NCBI GenBank assembly: GCA_000165425.1
Contig: CT868041.1
Location: forward strand, 1 to 64,000
Reading direction: 5' to 3'
DNA from: Paramecium tetraurelia
Taxonomy: Eukaryota
Length of the DNA: 64,000 nt
Positions 40,250-52,816 of this stretch are shown here, piece by piece. A program made the position numbers and the translations under genes. The notes below the pieces were generated by a model. That model saw only the letters and a list, made by a program, of their open reading frames with translations, had not been told where the DNA came from and ran no database searches. Positions within the stretch are counted from its first letter, which is position 1. Each line of letters starts with the position of its first letter.

Positions 40250-41703
40250 ATGATTTATAGACCTTTACTCATTGAAACTTGTTAATATAAATATCGAATG
40301 GGGAGTGAGGAAAAATCCTTCTCCATAAAAAAAAAAGTTGATTACTATCCTTTCTTTAGATAAAAGGTTAGTCAATCATTTCACATTGAACCTCTTACAG
40401 CAGATAAAAAGAGATCAAAAAGATAACTGACATTGAATCCAAAATTAGGAAATTCGGATATTAATATACAATAATATATTGAGTTTAATGTATAAATTTG
40501 AAGAAATTAGATTAAAGAACAGCCTTTGAATACTCAAACCAACAAAAGAGTCAGAAAACTTATTATATAGGATAATAAACTATTAAGAAAATAAAATAAG
40601 ATTAATGTTTTTGCTGAAATTGCGACATAAAAGCACAAATCATATCATTAGCAACAAATAAAAAAGCAGGTTACAACAATGTTGGATTAGGGGTAGCTTT
40701 TTAGAAAGGTTGAAAGTCCTTAAATGAGTGCAAAAGCCTAATAAAAAGAATAATAAAAATAATTAGAATTTCAATCAAAAACATAATAAAATAATGCAGA
40801 ACAATAAATACAGGATAAGGTTCAAAATTATTTATCCAGAAAGAGTGTACATCTCTAACGACTCTCTCAAAGGATGGACGATATTAATGTATCCAAAGGA
40901 TCCATTATATAGACAAGTTCAGCTGAAAGAGATTTGAAAATTTCCTCCACTTTTTTCAAAGACTTTATAGGAGTATCTCAATAATTAAAAAATAAAGAGA
41001 AATAAGATCCAGAATTGTTAAAGGAATCCTATAAATATTGGGCATAAGCCATAAGAACAAAAAAGGACCCGTTAAAGAAGAGGAAGGTTGGAGCAGTATT
41101 TAGTACATCAATAAGAGTGAAACTTGAAAAAATGAGAGCTTTAATTTTAGATTGTGTCAAAAAATTGAGATTTATGAAACTGGATCCTGAATAGTTAATG
41201 TAAAGTAGAACAATATTAAAACAACCTTATTAAAGAGAGGGATCCTATGTATTTTTTAAAGGGGTGACTAAAAACGATTTAGATTTGGTAAAATTGATGC
41301 TTGATAAGTGCAGATTTTATGCTTTTGATGTAAACGAGAATTTTCAAACAGCCTTACATGTTTGTGCTAGGAAAGGGTACTTATAAATAGCAAAGCTATT
41401 GTTTCAACTTGGAACTTATCCTGATGTAAGGGATGTCAGCAACAGAACTCCACTCTATTATGCACTTATAAACAATTAAAAAGAATTAGTATAACTATTG
41501 TTATCACATAAATGTAATCCTTGGTCATTTCCTGGTTGTACCTATGAAACTGATGATCCAGTGCTTACAAAAATGCTAAAAATAGCTAGGAGAGTATATA
41601 TTCAATTATATAAGTGTAGCTTGATATGTTGTTACTGATGACCCCCTATAATACGAGATAGTCAACTTGGATCAATTATTGTAGAGTTTTCTATGAATTT
41701 TGA
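40250..41703 (+). CDS. Ankyrin-repeat protein with low-complexity N-terminus (tandem paralog A)
   Basis: QTALHVCARKGYLQIAKLLFQLG, NRTPLYYALINNQKELVQLLL; N-terminus MIYRPLLIETCQYKY. Confidence 0.85.
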
Positions 41704-41717
41704 TTATATATATTTAA

Positions 41718-43359
41718 ATGAGTAAATTCAACTATGTTTTCAAGCCTTTGTTCATTGATACTTTTGAATATAGCTATATGGATGGAAAGACTGAGAAGTC
41801 GTTTACAATAAAAACAAAAACCTCTGGTAGAGAAGAGAAGAGTGTAATATAGAAGAGCGAACCTATTGCCCAATTTAACGTATTTGATTATTTTATGATG
41901 GGAAGAATGAAACCATTAAAAAGAGTCATAAGAAAGCTCGAACAAGCAGATAAATGAAATAATCCTCTAAGAGTAGAAACTATACAATAAATTCTAATAC
42001 TCCTAAAAATGGAATTAGGTAGATTGAAAGTAGGATAGAGGATGAATTTGAAATTTCAGGTAGGAGAAACTCATTTGATAAGAGATGTACTAACAAACCT
42101 CAATTAAATTATCTAAATTTTAATGTACTCATTACTTATCATAGTAGTTAAATAGATAGCAATTATGAATGGGTAAACAAGCAATTTATTTCCAAGAACA
42201 TAAGAATTAATAAATAGGGACAATAAAATTATGAGGAGAAAGACTGTTGAAACTTCTAAAGTCCCCACCATTACAGAAAATGAGATTTAATAATTTGAAC
42301 GTTTAGAAAATTAACATCCTTAAGATATCAAAGAAAAGGTTGGTAGGATGTTTGCAATTAGTAAAAGGTGCACAACTACATATAATCCAATAAGAAAGAA
42401 AAGCAAGGAGAGGGAGGCATTTACAAGAAACCTACAATTTCTCGAAGAATCTTTTCAACAATCAGTGGCTCCAGAGAAAAAACTATAAGCAGTCATATAA
42501 TAATATTTTGATAAGAAAAAATCATTTTTAGAAGAGAAGGCAAAGGAAGAAGAAATTTAATTAAGAGAATTATCAGAAGAAACCTCTAGGATTCGCTCGG
42601 GTTAAAGCAAAATGAGGATATCAACAACTTTTTTAAAAAGATTCATCCATTAAGTTGAGAAGGATAAATAGAAAAATAATGAATAATAAATAGAAACTCA
42701 AAAGAGTTTTATTTAATCAATTAAATCATCGTAGATAAATAAAAGAAGATAGAATGCTATATATAGCGGACAAGTACAATCGTTATTCAAAAAGATGTTT
42801 CATTTAATTGTTGATTGCGTTAAAAAGATGAAATAAATGAAACTTACAATAAAAGAATTATTCCAACATGGAGTGATTTAAAAGAAACCTTATGAAAGAG
42901 AAGGATCTTTTTAGTTTTTTGAAGCTGTTGAACTCAACAACTATGGTCTCATTACTTTTATGCTCCAAAAATGCAGATATTATGCCTTTGACATTAATGA
43001 ATAAGGACAAAATCCTTTACATGTGAGTTCAACACTAGGACATTATGCAATAACCTAAAAATTGCTATAATGTGGGTCCTATCCTGATTCATAAGATCTC
43101 AATGGCTATTCTCCACTCTATTATGCTGTTTAATCCCAAAATATCTAAATAGTCTAAGTGTTACTATACTATAATGCTAATCCTTGGTCAAATAGTAAAT
43201 ATAAACTGGAGAGTCAAAATGCTGAAATAGGGAGGTTGTTGAAATAATCGAGAAAAGTATGAGTATGTGTTATTGTAGATTCATTTATTACTTTTATTAA
43301 CCAGACATCCAGATAGAGAACAGATATGGATCGATTCAAGAGAATCTTTGTTATCTTGA
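41718..43359 (+). CDS. Ankyrin-repeat protein with low-complexity N-terminus (tandem paralog B)
   Basis: GQNPLHVSSTLGHYAITQKLL, GYSPLYYAV; shares LIVDCVKKM, PYEREGS, KCRYYAFD, NPWS and the N-terminal KPLFIDTFEY block with paralog A. Confidence 0.85.
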
Positions 43360-43572
43360 TCATTATGTTATTTATTGGAATTCATAAACAACAGTTTAGA
43401 ATATTATAAAATTATCATAAGTTCGTTATTCCAAATTTTATTTAATTGATTGTTTTTCTTCACAGTTGTCAGCACAAGAAATGCTATTTCACTTGTATAA
43501 GTGAATACCTAATAGTATATTTCATATCAGAATAATAAAAACACAAAATAATAAACAAATAAACACAATTTA

Positions 43573-44081
43573 TCAGGGCATTTCAATCTCTCCATATTCA
43601 AGCAATTTCTTTTCGTACAGAAAATAATATTGTTCATCGATAAACAATTAATGGTCCATTAACTCCAAGAATTCTTATTCAAGAATAAATATCTCTTTAA
43701 CACTTACTCCCCCCACTTTTGCATAATATTCATTCTTATAATAATCGTCATCCTGGTATTTTATGGCCATCACAATAGCTAACAAAAGGAATCTTCATTA
43801 TTTAAATTTATTTACCTATGAATACATTTAGAATTGAGCACTAAATAAGGGTGTTTTTCTTACAGTCTATCCAAGTAAATTAAAGCAATAACAAAGCATT
43901 ATTCACTACAATGAGTATACTTTGCAATTCTTTATAAGTAATTGTGGATTGATATTGAAGGGGCTTTGTTAGCATGGAAATACGATTGTGAGTCTTACTC
44001 AATTTCTAAAGTATCTGTCTCTTTTATGATTTCATCCAAGATATTTGCTACTGTAACAAGTAACTAATTCGATTGTTGCAT
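43573..44081 (-). CDS. P/U-type (PHO80-like) cyclin
   Basis: [39 protein letters not shown]...IHRFLLLAIVMAIKYQDDDYYKNEYYAKVGGVSVKEIFILEQEFL; one 23-nt intron. Confidence 0.93.
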
Positions 44082-44388
44082 AAATAGATATAATTTTCAA
44101 TATATTTTTTTTTACTTAAAAACCATATTATACAAATGATTATACAAAAATCAGTTCCATATATAAGTATAATAGTATCTCACTTAGACACTCCAATTTC
44201 TATGTTGCCAATGTTATTGTCACTAAAAAACTAAATTTAAAATTTTCCCTCTCTTTTTCCACCAATCTCATTTAGAACTAACATTTGCGAAGCCTCAGAT
44301 GTAATCCCTTAGTCTCACTTAAGAAATGGTGTCAAATTATTCATGTGAACAATTACACAATAAGTTAATTAAAAATAATTAAAATAAA

Positions 44389-46944
44389 ATGGATTATTAA
44401 TTATTGATAAGAGATTATGAAAAAGTCAAAGAACTAATCAAAGCAGAAAAGGACAGCTATTCTCAGTTGATAAACTTTAAATGTGAATAACTATCAGAAT
44501 TGTCTGATACTTAACCCTTTCTACCAGACAATACATTGAACAATCAATATTTTGTAAATCAGTATTAAGTTGAAAACCTATACGTAATGGACATTGAATC
44601 GACCAAATATCAATTATTGAATTTTATGAGAGATGACAACCAAATTACAAAATAAGTGTTCGAAAATGAACTGACCTATCCAACCTTTTAACCCTATTTG
44701 ATTCAATTACAAAAATTACCCAAACAGGATTTGTAAAGAAAGGTGAGTTGGTTAGAAGTCATCTATAAATTGATTTAGAGTCCTAAACAAAAAAAGTCAA
44801 TGAAATTTTAGACTTATAATGAATTAATTATGTGGTAAACAGCCTTTATACAAGTTGCCAAAGAAATAACAAACAACCAAGAATACTTGTTAATTCTTAG
44901 AAAACCCTTAAAAGAACTTTTTAGATTGTGTTTAATTCAAATTTTATCCATTTTAGATAGAAATATCTATAGATATTTTGAACAATTGCATAGTCTTATT
45001 AACAATGATTTAATGTAAATCTTTTAGGACTCTTAATTAAGAATCACAATAATCTATTCATTAGCAAAGATTGTCTTTCCGAAGTTAGACTCTAAGTATT
45101 TAATAAATTAATTATTAGTGATAAGCTGCCAGATGAACACATTAAAATATTGAATATTTTGATAAGTCATGATAAGATCAATAAAATACCTAATTTTGAG
45201 ACATGGTTATAGCTTTTTGAATTTCTGTTATTTTTAATGCTTTCAGAAATAAATTTAAAAAAGGAACACATTTTTTAAAAGAATCTGGAAGATAAAATTA
45301 AGAAGGAACATCCAGACATTCCATTCATTGATCAATTGTGGTATTATGTAGCTGTCAATTTCACATAATAAAACATCAAATTGAATTAATCCTTAAAGAA
45401 ATTGATATCTCATAATGTATATTCATTAATAAATATTTATTGTGTGCGATACAATAAATATCAATTAATGAATTAGATATTGGAGGATCTGTTGATAACT
45501 CCATTTGAAGATGATGTTCTAAGAATGAACATGTGTATTATTCTATTCAACACCGACGATTACAATAAGTTGCATTAGATGATCTAATCCTTATTAGCCA
45601 GCGAATAGATTAAAGATCACGAATTCAGACCTGTGATAATCAGTATGTGTGTGATGTTTACAGGGATTTATTTAGGCAAAGGAGAAGTATTAATTATCTC
45701 AATTTTAATTAGGAAGCCTTATGCTTTGCGAGAATGAATTACAACGACTATGACAAGGGTATAATTACACTCGACACTCTATTGGCTTAAATTGGCTATT
45801 GCTTCTATAATCTAGGGAAAGCAGCTAAGTATGTCTTTGAGAAGGAGCACTTCTATATAAAGGCATTGGAGTATTATCAAAAGAGCATTGAATAAAACTC
45901 CGATAATCAACTTGTTTAATACAACTATGGCAAATTGCTGGCGATAACTGGAGACATCAAGAAGGCTTTTTATCATGTGGATTAGGCATGTCGATTATGC
46001 GGAGCGGAGATTAACTTTAAGATTTTAAGAGCTCTTCTGTATTAAACCTAACATGAAAATCACACTGCCTTACAGATAATATCCTCATTAATTATAATAA
46101 AGCAAAGCCCATTATTGTATTTCATTAAGGCTTCAATATTGACTGAAATGTATCTACTAAATTTATTTAATGAGAAGGAATTGTAATATGCTCAAAGCAT
46201 AAGTGAGGAATTGAAATAGTTCGTCATCAAAAAGTTTTAGAAATCAAAAGAGGTTCAGTCTATTTTATAAAACCTCAAGAAATTTCTTCTAGGAGTTTCA
46301 AAAAAAACGTATGAATTCGATCAAAATGATTAATTCATATTTCAATTGCTTCCTCTCAAAAGTATGTAGAACTTTGATATCGATCCTCTCACGTATATCA
46401 ATTATAGAAATGTATTAAAATTTATAATATTAAATAGTGTATATTCAACACTATTGACATTCTAATAAAGTTACAAATTTTTGATTTAGCTAATCAAGTA
46501 CTAGAATTGGTGGATGATGGCAATGAATCAAATGATAATGAAAAGTTGTTTTATGTACTAAATGCTTTTATATTTTAAGCAAGGTTTATTGGAGGAAAAC
46601 AAAGATAAGATCGATGTAGCCTGTCATTATTATGAGGAAGTGCTACGAACAGATTTCTACCATGTTAGAGCCATGTCGAGATTGGGGTTGCTATATCTGA
46701 AACATTATAAGGAGAGTAAGATTTAGAGAGCCAGTGAATTATTGATTGCTGCGTCGAAATTTGAAAAGACTTATGAAATTTGGTAAATGGAGAGTGATTA
46801 TTTTCTAGTTTAGGATTAGGGATTTTGAATCAATTATAAAATAACAACAGTGAGGCCCAGAAATTCCTTAATGATGCTCTAAGATTATTGAAAACATCTC
46901 CAATTGTCAGTTTTCAAATGATTCCAGACATATTATTTGGTTGA
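44389..46944 (+). CDS. TPR protein, TTC7/Ypp1-like (PI4KIII-alpha scaffold)
   Basis: TPR units (ALEYYQKSIEQNSDNQLVQYNYGKLLAITGDIKKAF); C-terminus ALRLLKTSPIVSFQMIPDILFG resembles the TTC7 end (ALELEASSPVLPFSIIP). Confidence 0.65.
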
Positions 46945-47055
46945 TTATATGTGTATAATAGTCAAGGCTTGTCTATTATTAAAGAAATTAAGAATTTATT
47001 CATTGAATATAAATTCCTTGCCATTTATTTTAAATTAAAATCTTTAATTTTTAAA

Positions 47056-47673
47056 ATGATCATAAAAGTTGGTCACCTGAATGGTGAAGTAAAACTATAT
47101 GATTTGGCTGATTCGACCTCAGCCGGTCATTTGATGTAACTGATTCAATCTGAATTGGGTTGTGAGGTTTCATTGGTCAACTCTGGCGAAGCTGTAGCAG
47201 CATCTGCATTTTTAGGTAATTCCAACCACTCATTAATTATAGGTACCGAAGGTATTTACTATGTAACTGTTGATGCAGAAGGAGGAAAGAAGAAAAAGAA
47301 GAAGAAGAAGAATTTTGCTAAACCCAAGAAGAAGAAGCACCGACACCGAAAAGTCAAATTGGCTACACTTAAGCTATACACCATCGACAATAAAGGTGTT
47401 GTTCAAAGATCTCACAAACAATGCCCATAATGTCCATAAGGTGTATATATGGCTAAGCATTTTGATAGACACTATTGTGGTACATGCCATTAAACATTTA
47501 GAATGGACGAAGCAACTGTAAGAATCTCAATTATTAATATCTAGATCAAAGCCAATTTGGAAGCCATCAAAAAATAACAAGCAGCTAAAGCAGCAGCTGC
47601 AGCAGCCGCAGCACCAGCAGGAGGAGCAGCAGCTGGAGGTGCCGCAGGTGGTAAGAAAGGAAAGAAAAAGTGA
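47056..47673 (+). CDS. RPS27A: 40S ribosomal protein eS31 (S27a) fused to a divergent ubiquitin-like leader, with Ala/Gly/Lys C-terminal extension
   Basis: DAEGG|KKKKKKKNFAKPKKKKHRHRKVKLATLKLYTID...[23 protein letters not shown]; introns 47216-47242 and 47518-47544. Confidence 0.95.
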
Positions 47674-47860
47674 TCATCAGTATAATAACATTAAATATAT
47701 TATTGAACAATTTATCATATAGCATTGACTTTAGTTTTTGGGTTGAATGTATTTGATTTTACTTAAAAAGAGAATTAAATTAAATTTTAATTCTAATTTT
47801 ATGTAATATTGAATAATAAGAAGAATTATCAATATTATTATAATGTTTAAATTTATATAA

Positions 47861-49141
47861 TCAATTATTTAAAGATTTCCCTCTCTGACTTTTGTTCACG
47901 GAAAGTAATGTGGATTGTTATTGAATTTCAAACTTGGAGATAATCTACCTTAGCATGTCATTCTATTTCTACAATTTGTCATCAGAACAACATGTTTTTT
48001 TTAATTTTTATTCTGATAAGCAATTTACTTTAGGTTTTGGAATCTTTGGGGTTTCTTGGGTGTATTATTTGATTTAAAACTAATTTCTGATTTATTACTC
48101 TTATGCTGCGATTATATTTTTTAGTTTGAGTATTTCTTATTCACAGTGGGTATGATTTGGAGTATTATAATTGATTAGATTTACATTTTCCTTTTGCACT
48201 TTTGAATAGGTATCGTATACTTTCACTTGGTCCTTGAGTATCTGATTCTTTTCCTACAACTCATCGATAATGATTTTTTTATTTTATTGATTTTACAATT
48301 CTTATTCCAAATCTTTAGACTTTTATTCAAACTAAATTAATATTTAGATTTATTATTATTGTCTAGATATATATGAATGTATCATACAGTTCATTCCTTT
48401 TTTCTAGGTTACTGATAAGTAATTAATAATTTAAACATTCTTATTTTAAAAAATCAATTGTAAAATTCGAATTTTGTCCTATTTCTTTCATTTCTAATTG
48501 CTCTATTTCTAATGGGAATAACAATCAAATACTTACTATCCTTCATAGAAGCGTTTTCTTCCTTCATGGTTGATAATTGACTTTATAGTTTTTGGATGTC
48601 AGCCTCTAGAAGTGATATTTGGGATTGGAGTGAATTGATTTGTTACTCTTATTTGTTATTGATAGTTTCGTACTCAATCAATTACTTATATAATATTTGT
48701 TATTGATAACCGAATTCTTCCTTGTTGAAGAAATCTAGAATATATTAAATCTGATCATTCCTCAAGTAAGTTAGAGCTTCTTTAGCCTTATCCCACTCAT
48801 AGATTACCTAACCTTTATATATGTGATTGAGGTACCTTGATTATGTTAAACACAAATTTATTTAACTCGTTTTCATCATTCCCTTCTACTATTTTCAAGG
48901 GAGTGATGATTTGAAGAGTCGAATTAAACTTTGACATATTCTCAATGAGGGATTTGATTCTGGCGTAATTGAATACAAATTGTGAATCTGAATATTATTC
49001 AGCCTTGAGAGGGAAACTGTGTTGGTTGAATTGATTTAAGAGTTTTTCAACGATGATGCCATCTATTAGGTCGATGTAGAGAGTTCCGCAGTCGACATTT
49101 AAAATCTTTTTAAACCATGTTAAAATGGCTTCCTAACACAT
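47861..49141 (-). CDS. Hook/CCDC88-like N-terminal CH-type domain plus coiled coil
   Basis: MCQEAILTWFKKIL..DLIDGIIVEKLLNQFNQHSF..NYARIKSLIENM..LKIVEGNDENELNKFVFNII resembles HOOK_N; coiled coil follows; TGA 47861-47863. Confidence 0.6.
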
Positions 49142-49218
49142 TATGATTAATTTAAAAATAATCTAACACTTCAATTAAGTTGTAAATAACAATAATTGTA
49201 AATTTTATTATTATTTTT

Positions 49219-51174
49219 ATGAAATAGATTCTGTCTCAGAGTTTCACACCCGAATCTGCACCGACATTCTTTAGATAGCAATCAGAGAGACCGAACTTAG
49301 TGACAAAGCAACTAAATTAGAAGGAATGTGATGCAAATGAATTATATGCTTTAATTGTCAATAACCACATGATCAAGGAGATCAGGATCGTTAAAATCTT
49401 CAAGGAAGAAGATCGAGAATCCATATTCAAAAATCATATTGTGAATTACGTAATCTAAATAAGAACAGATTATATTGATTATACAATTCCTAAAAGATAT
49501 TCTGAATTTGAGAAATTATACGAATCAGTAAATAAATTCATTCAAACTTAGTTACCAATTTCCTAGAAGAAAATGCCTAAGTTCCCTTCAAAAAAAGTTA
49601 TTTAAACTAATTCTAGAAAAACAATTGCCAAAAGATAAGAAATGCTCGAAAGTACAATTGTGATTCTAATTAGAATTTTTATAATATTTGTTGCAATATC
49701 TAGACCACACATTGTATGTGTTTTTGGACTTTCTTAAAATTAAAGGTATTTATTAAAAATCAAAAAAATATAGAGTAATTTTAAAAAGGGGGATTTGATT
49801 AAAATGTTAAAATGCATCAATTTAGTAAAGATGAAAACGCTTTGTGTGATCTTTTGGATACAAGTCCAAAAAAAATATAACCGAATAATTAGGCTGAATA
49901 AATGATATTCCATTATTTATGGAAATTAAATGAAACCATTAATGAAAGAGGCAAAATATTTTAGTACATTATTCAATTCATTATTTTTAGGAAGATGGAG
50001 AAGTATTATTTTGGTAAAATTTAGTAGATCTCTCCTCTACTTTTAAAAGTCTTATTGATTGGAGATGACGAGAGGGAACTCCAAGGAATCATGTAAATGC
50101 TATCCATCTAAACCAATGACATGTTGAGCCACATTAGCTGTATCCATGGATTCTAGTTCTTGAGAAAAATATTAGAATATGATTATAATCCAAGTATGAT
50201 CTTTAGAGAGTATTCCATAGACGCTGAACAAGCAATTAAATTGCTAAGTGAAATCAGTATTAAATAGTTTAGAACTATGAAAATATAATCTCATATTTGT
50301 GGACAACAGAAGTTATGCAAATAGGATTCCCTAATGATTCTTCATAAATACATTTAATAGAATTAATTGAAAAATTAAATGATTAGCTATTTATTAGTTG
50401 ATGATGAGGCTATTCGTGAATATGATTGTTATGTACAGACTTACTTGAATAAAATGAATGAAGAAGTTAAATAACTGAAGGACAGTAATGAGAACTTATA
50501 AGAGTTATTACCCACTAAATCCAATTCAATCGAACACGCTATCTTAGAATAGGATCCTACTCTTGAATAATTAGTAGAAATAAGTTAGATGAATCTGAAT
50601 TGGAAATATGTTTAGGGTAATTTCATTCATAATTATTTTAAGAATGTGATGGACATACTATGTATCATCTCTAAGGTTAATTCGTCAAAACCATTCATCC
50701 TATCAAATGTTCAATGGATAGAGCCATCAAAATATTCAGTGATCTTAAATAATAATGGTTTCATGGAATGATACAGAAAGATGTTTTGGAATAAGTTAAT
50801 GAAAATAAAAGTGTGATTGTTGAATACTATGTTTGGGAAGACAAGTCTACATTTAAGAAAATGGCCTTTGTCAGTGATTAAGAGATTGTTAAGGTTGATG
50901 ATTTCACTTATCAAATCACCATTGTACCCAATTCAAAGCAATTACCAAATCATTATAAGTTGAAATGTGATCAAAAAGGTACTCTATTTCTCTAAAGTAA
51001 TTAGGCCAAAAAATGAGTCTTATTTTAATGAAATCAACCACACTCAATCATACAGAAGTTGTCATTTATCAAAATATTATGGATCCCACTTTCAGAACAG
51101 CTTTGACCCCAGTGATACTGAAGGAGATCCCTTGGTTCAATAATACAATAACTAAACTTAAAGCCTTGCTATGA
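49219..51174 (+). CDS. PX-domain protein with C-terminal START/SRPBCC-like region
   Basis: IVNYVIQIRTDYIDYTIPKRYSEFEKLY...MPKFPSKK...IAKRQEMLE is a PX motif; WFHGMIQKDVLEQVNENKSVIVEYY... looks START-like (weaker). Confidence 0.7.
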
Positions 51175-51231
51175 GAATTATCATTATTTACTAATTAATT
51201 GATAAAATTTATTTACTTTTATTCTTAAATA

Positions 51232-51657
51232 ATGGGCACCTGCCAATCGGATAATCAATATTAAAACGAAAGTTAACCACAATCAGAAGAAGAGCATGTT
51301 GAAACTGAGCAAATGCAATATGTAGTCTTAGCTAGTTGGAAACATGATTAACAAAATGGATCCAATAAGCCTAATCATATAGTCTTTGGAAAATAGAATG
51401 CTGACTATTTGCAAAGCCATAATCAATTTCAAATTAATTAAGGATCAGTTCAAAATTCTAGGATTGCTGCTTCATCAAATCAAACCAATGTTTCCAACAT
51501 ATAAAATATTATATCTAAACCTTTATTTTAAACTGAATAGAAATAGAGATTTTCAGCATTCAGTGGATATTCATAAACTGATAGAACTGCAGGTTTATCC
51601 AAAGATCAAGACATCTAGAGAAGACCAATCAACATAGCAAAAAGAAACATATTTTGA
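51232..51657 (+). CDS. Small (141 aa) protein with predicted N-terminal myristoylation/palmitoylation (MGTCQS)
   Basis: Uninterrupted code-6 ORF of 426 nt with an MGxCxS motif; otherwise low complexity. Confidence 0.7.
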
Positions 51658-51679
51658 TTAATATATTATATTGATATTC

Positions 51680-52165
51680 TAAATTACCTCATCTTTGTAG
51701 TCTTAAATTATTCTCAATTATGGTATCTCAAGTTTATGCTATAACAAAGAATTATTTTATTTTAACTTTTTATTTGCTTATTTTTACATTGAATTTCGTA
51801 TTTTTTTAAGCTCTAACACATAATACTGCAATGTATTGAACTAGAATTATGGTAGTATTCTTGTCAACCAATACCCTTATCTCAAATAATCATTTAAATT
51901 TTTTCACTGTTCTTCTAGTTTATATATATATTTCATCCAGCAAACTATAAATGTCTGTTCATCCTTCTAAGGTACACTGGTTATTTTTACTGGATTTAAT
52001 AAAGTTGAATTAATTTGTTAAAAATAAGACTAAGATAGGATCAAATTTGATTTAATATTTTATTATGCTGAAGCTTCTATTTTAACAATCCAAACTTCAT
52101 TTAAATTTAGGTATCTTTGAGGTGATTCTAAGGTTTTGAGCACTTTCTGCATTGATAAATTCATT
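51680..52165 (-). CDS. Possible hypothetical protein
   Basis: MNLSMQKVLKTLESPQRYLNLNEVWIVKIEAS... open frame with one likely intron; ends unresolved. Confidence 0.3.
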
Positions 52166-52816
52166 TTTCATTAGTTTTCCAAGTTATTTTTTATTTTTTG
52201 CAATAAATAAGCGTATATTAATTAGGAATATTAAGAGGAGATAAGACAATAAATAAGAATGGTTTATTAAATTTATTGAAATACATCTATTTCTCAATTG
52301 AATCTAATTTTGTATATTATGATGCATATTTCATATAAGTTGAGAGTTTCTATTTTAGTTCATCCTGAGTTATGATTTGCTTACTAGATTGATTGTGATT
52401 GTGTTATTAGGATTATTAATAATGTAATTGATAATATTTTATTATTTAATCAATAACAATTAATGCTTTTTAATTATGAAATTAAAATTGTTTAATGAAA
52501 AAAAATTTGATAACAATTTTAATTGTGTGCAATTTTGAATTTAATGGTTCTGTTCGTGGGATAATTAAATTAGATTAATGACAAAGGGATTTGCTATTTA
52601 ATTTTATTTATGATAGAAAGGGGAGGGTCATTTTGAGGCACAAATAAATTTTAATTAGTGATTTTATAAAATTAATTGTATATTTGATTACAAATATGAA
52701 AATAATCTTTAAAATTTTTCACATTTTGAATTAAAATTATTCGTAATACGTATTAATGTGTGTTGATATAGTTAGATAAGTTTAAAAATTTTACAATAAA
52801 TAAAAACAAAAATTGG

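Noticed and set aside
21917..51174. MORN, TTC7-like and PX-START genes as a phosphoinositide gene cluster
   Set aside because: Widely spaced among unrelated genes; these families are common in ciliates, so co-occurrence is expected by chance
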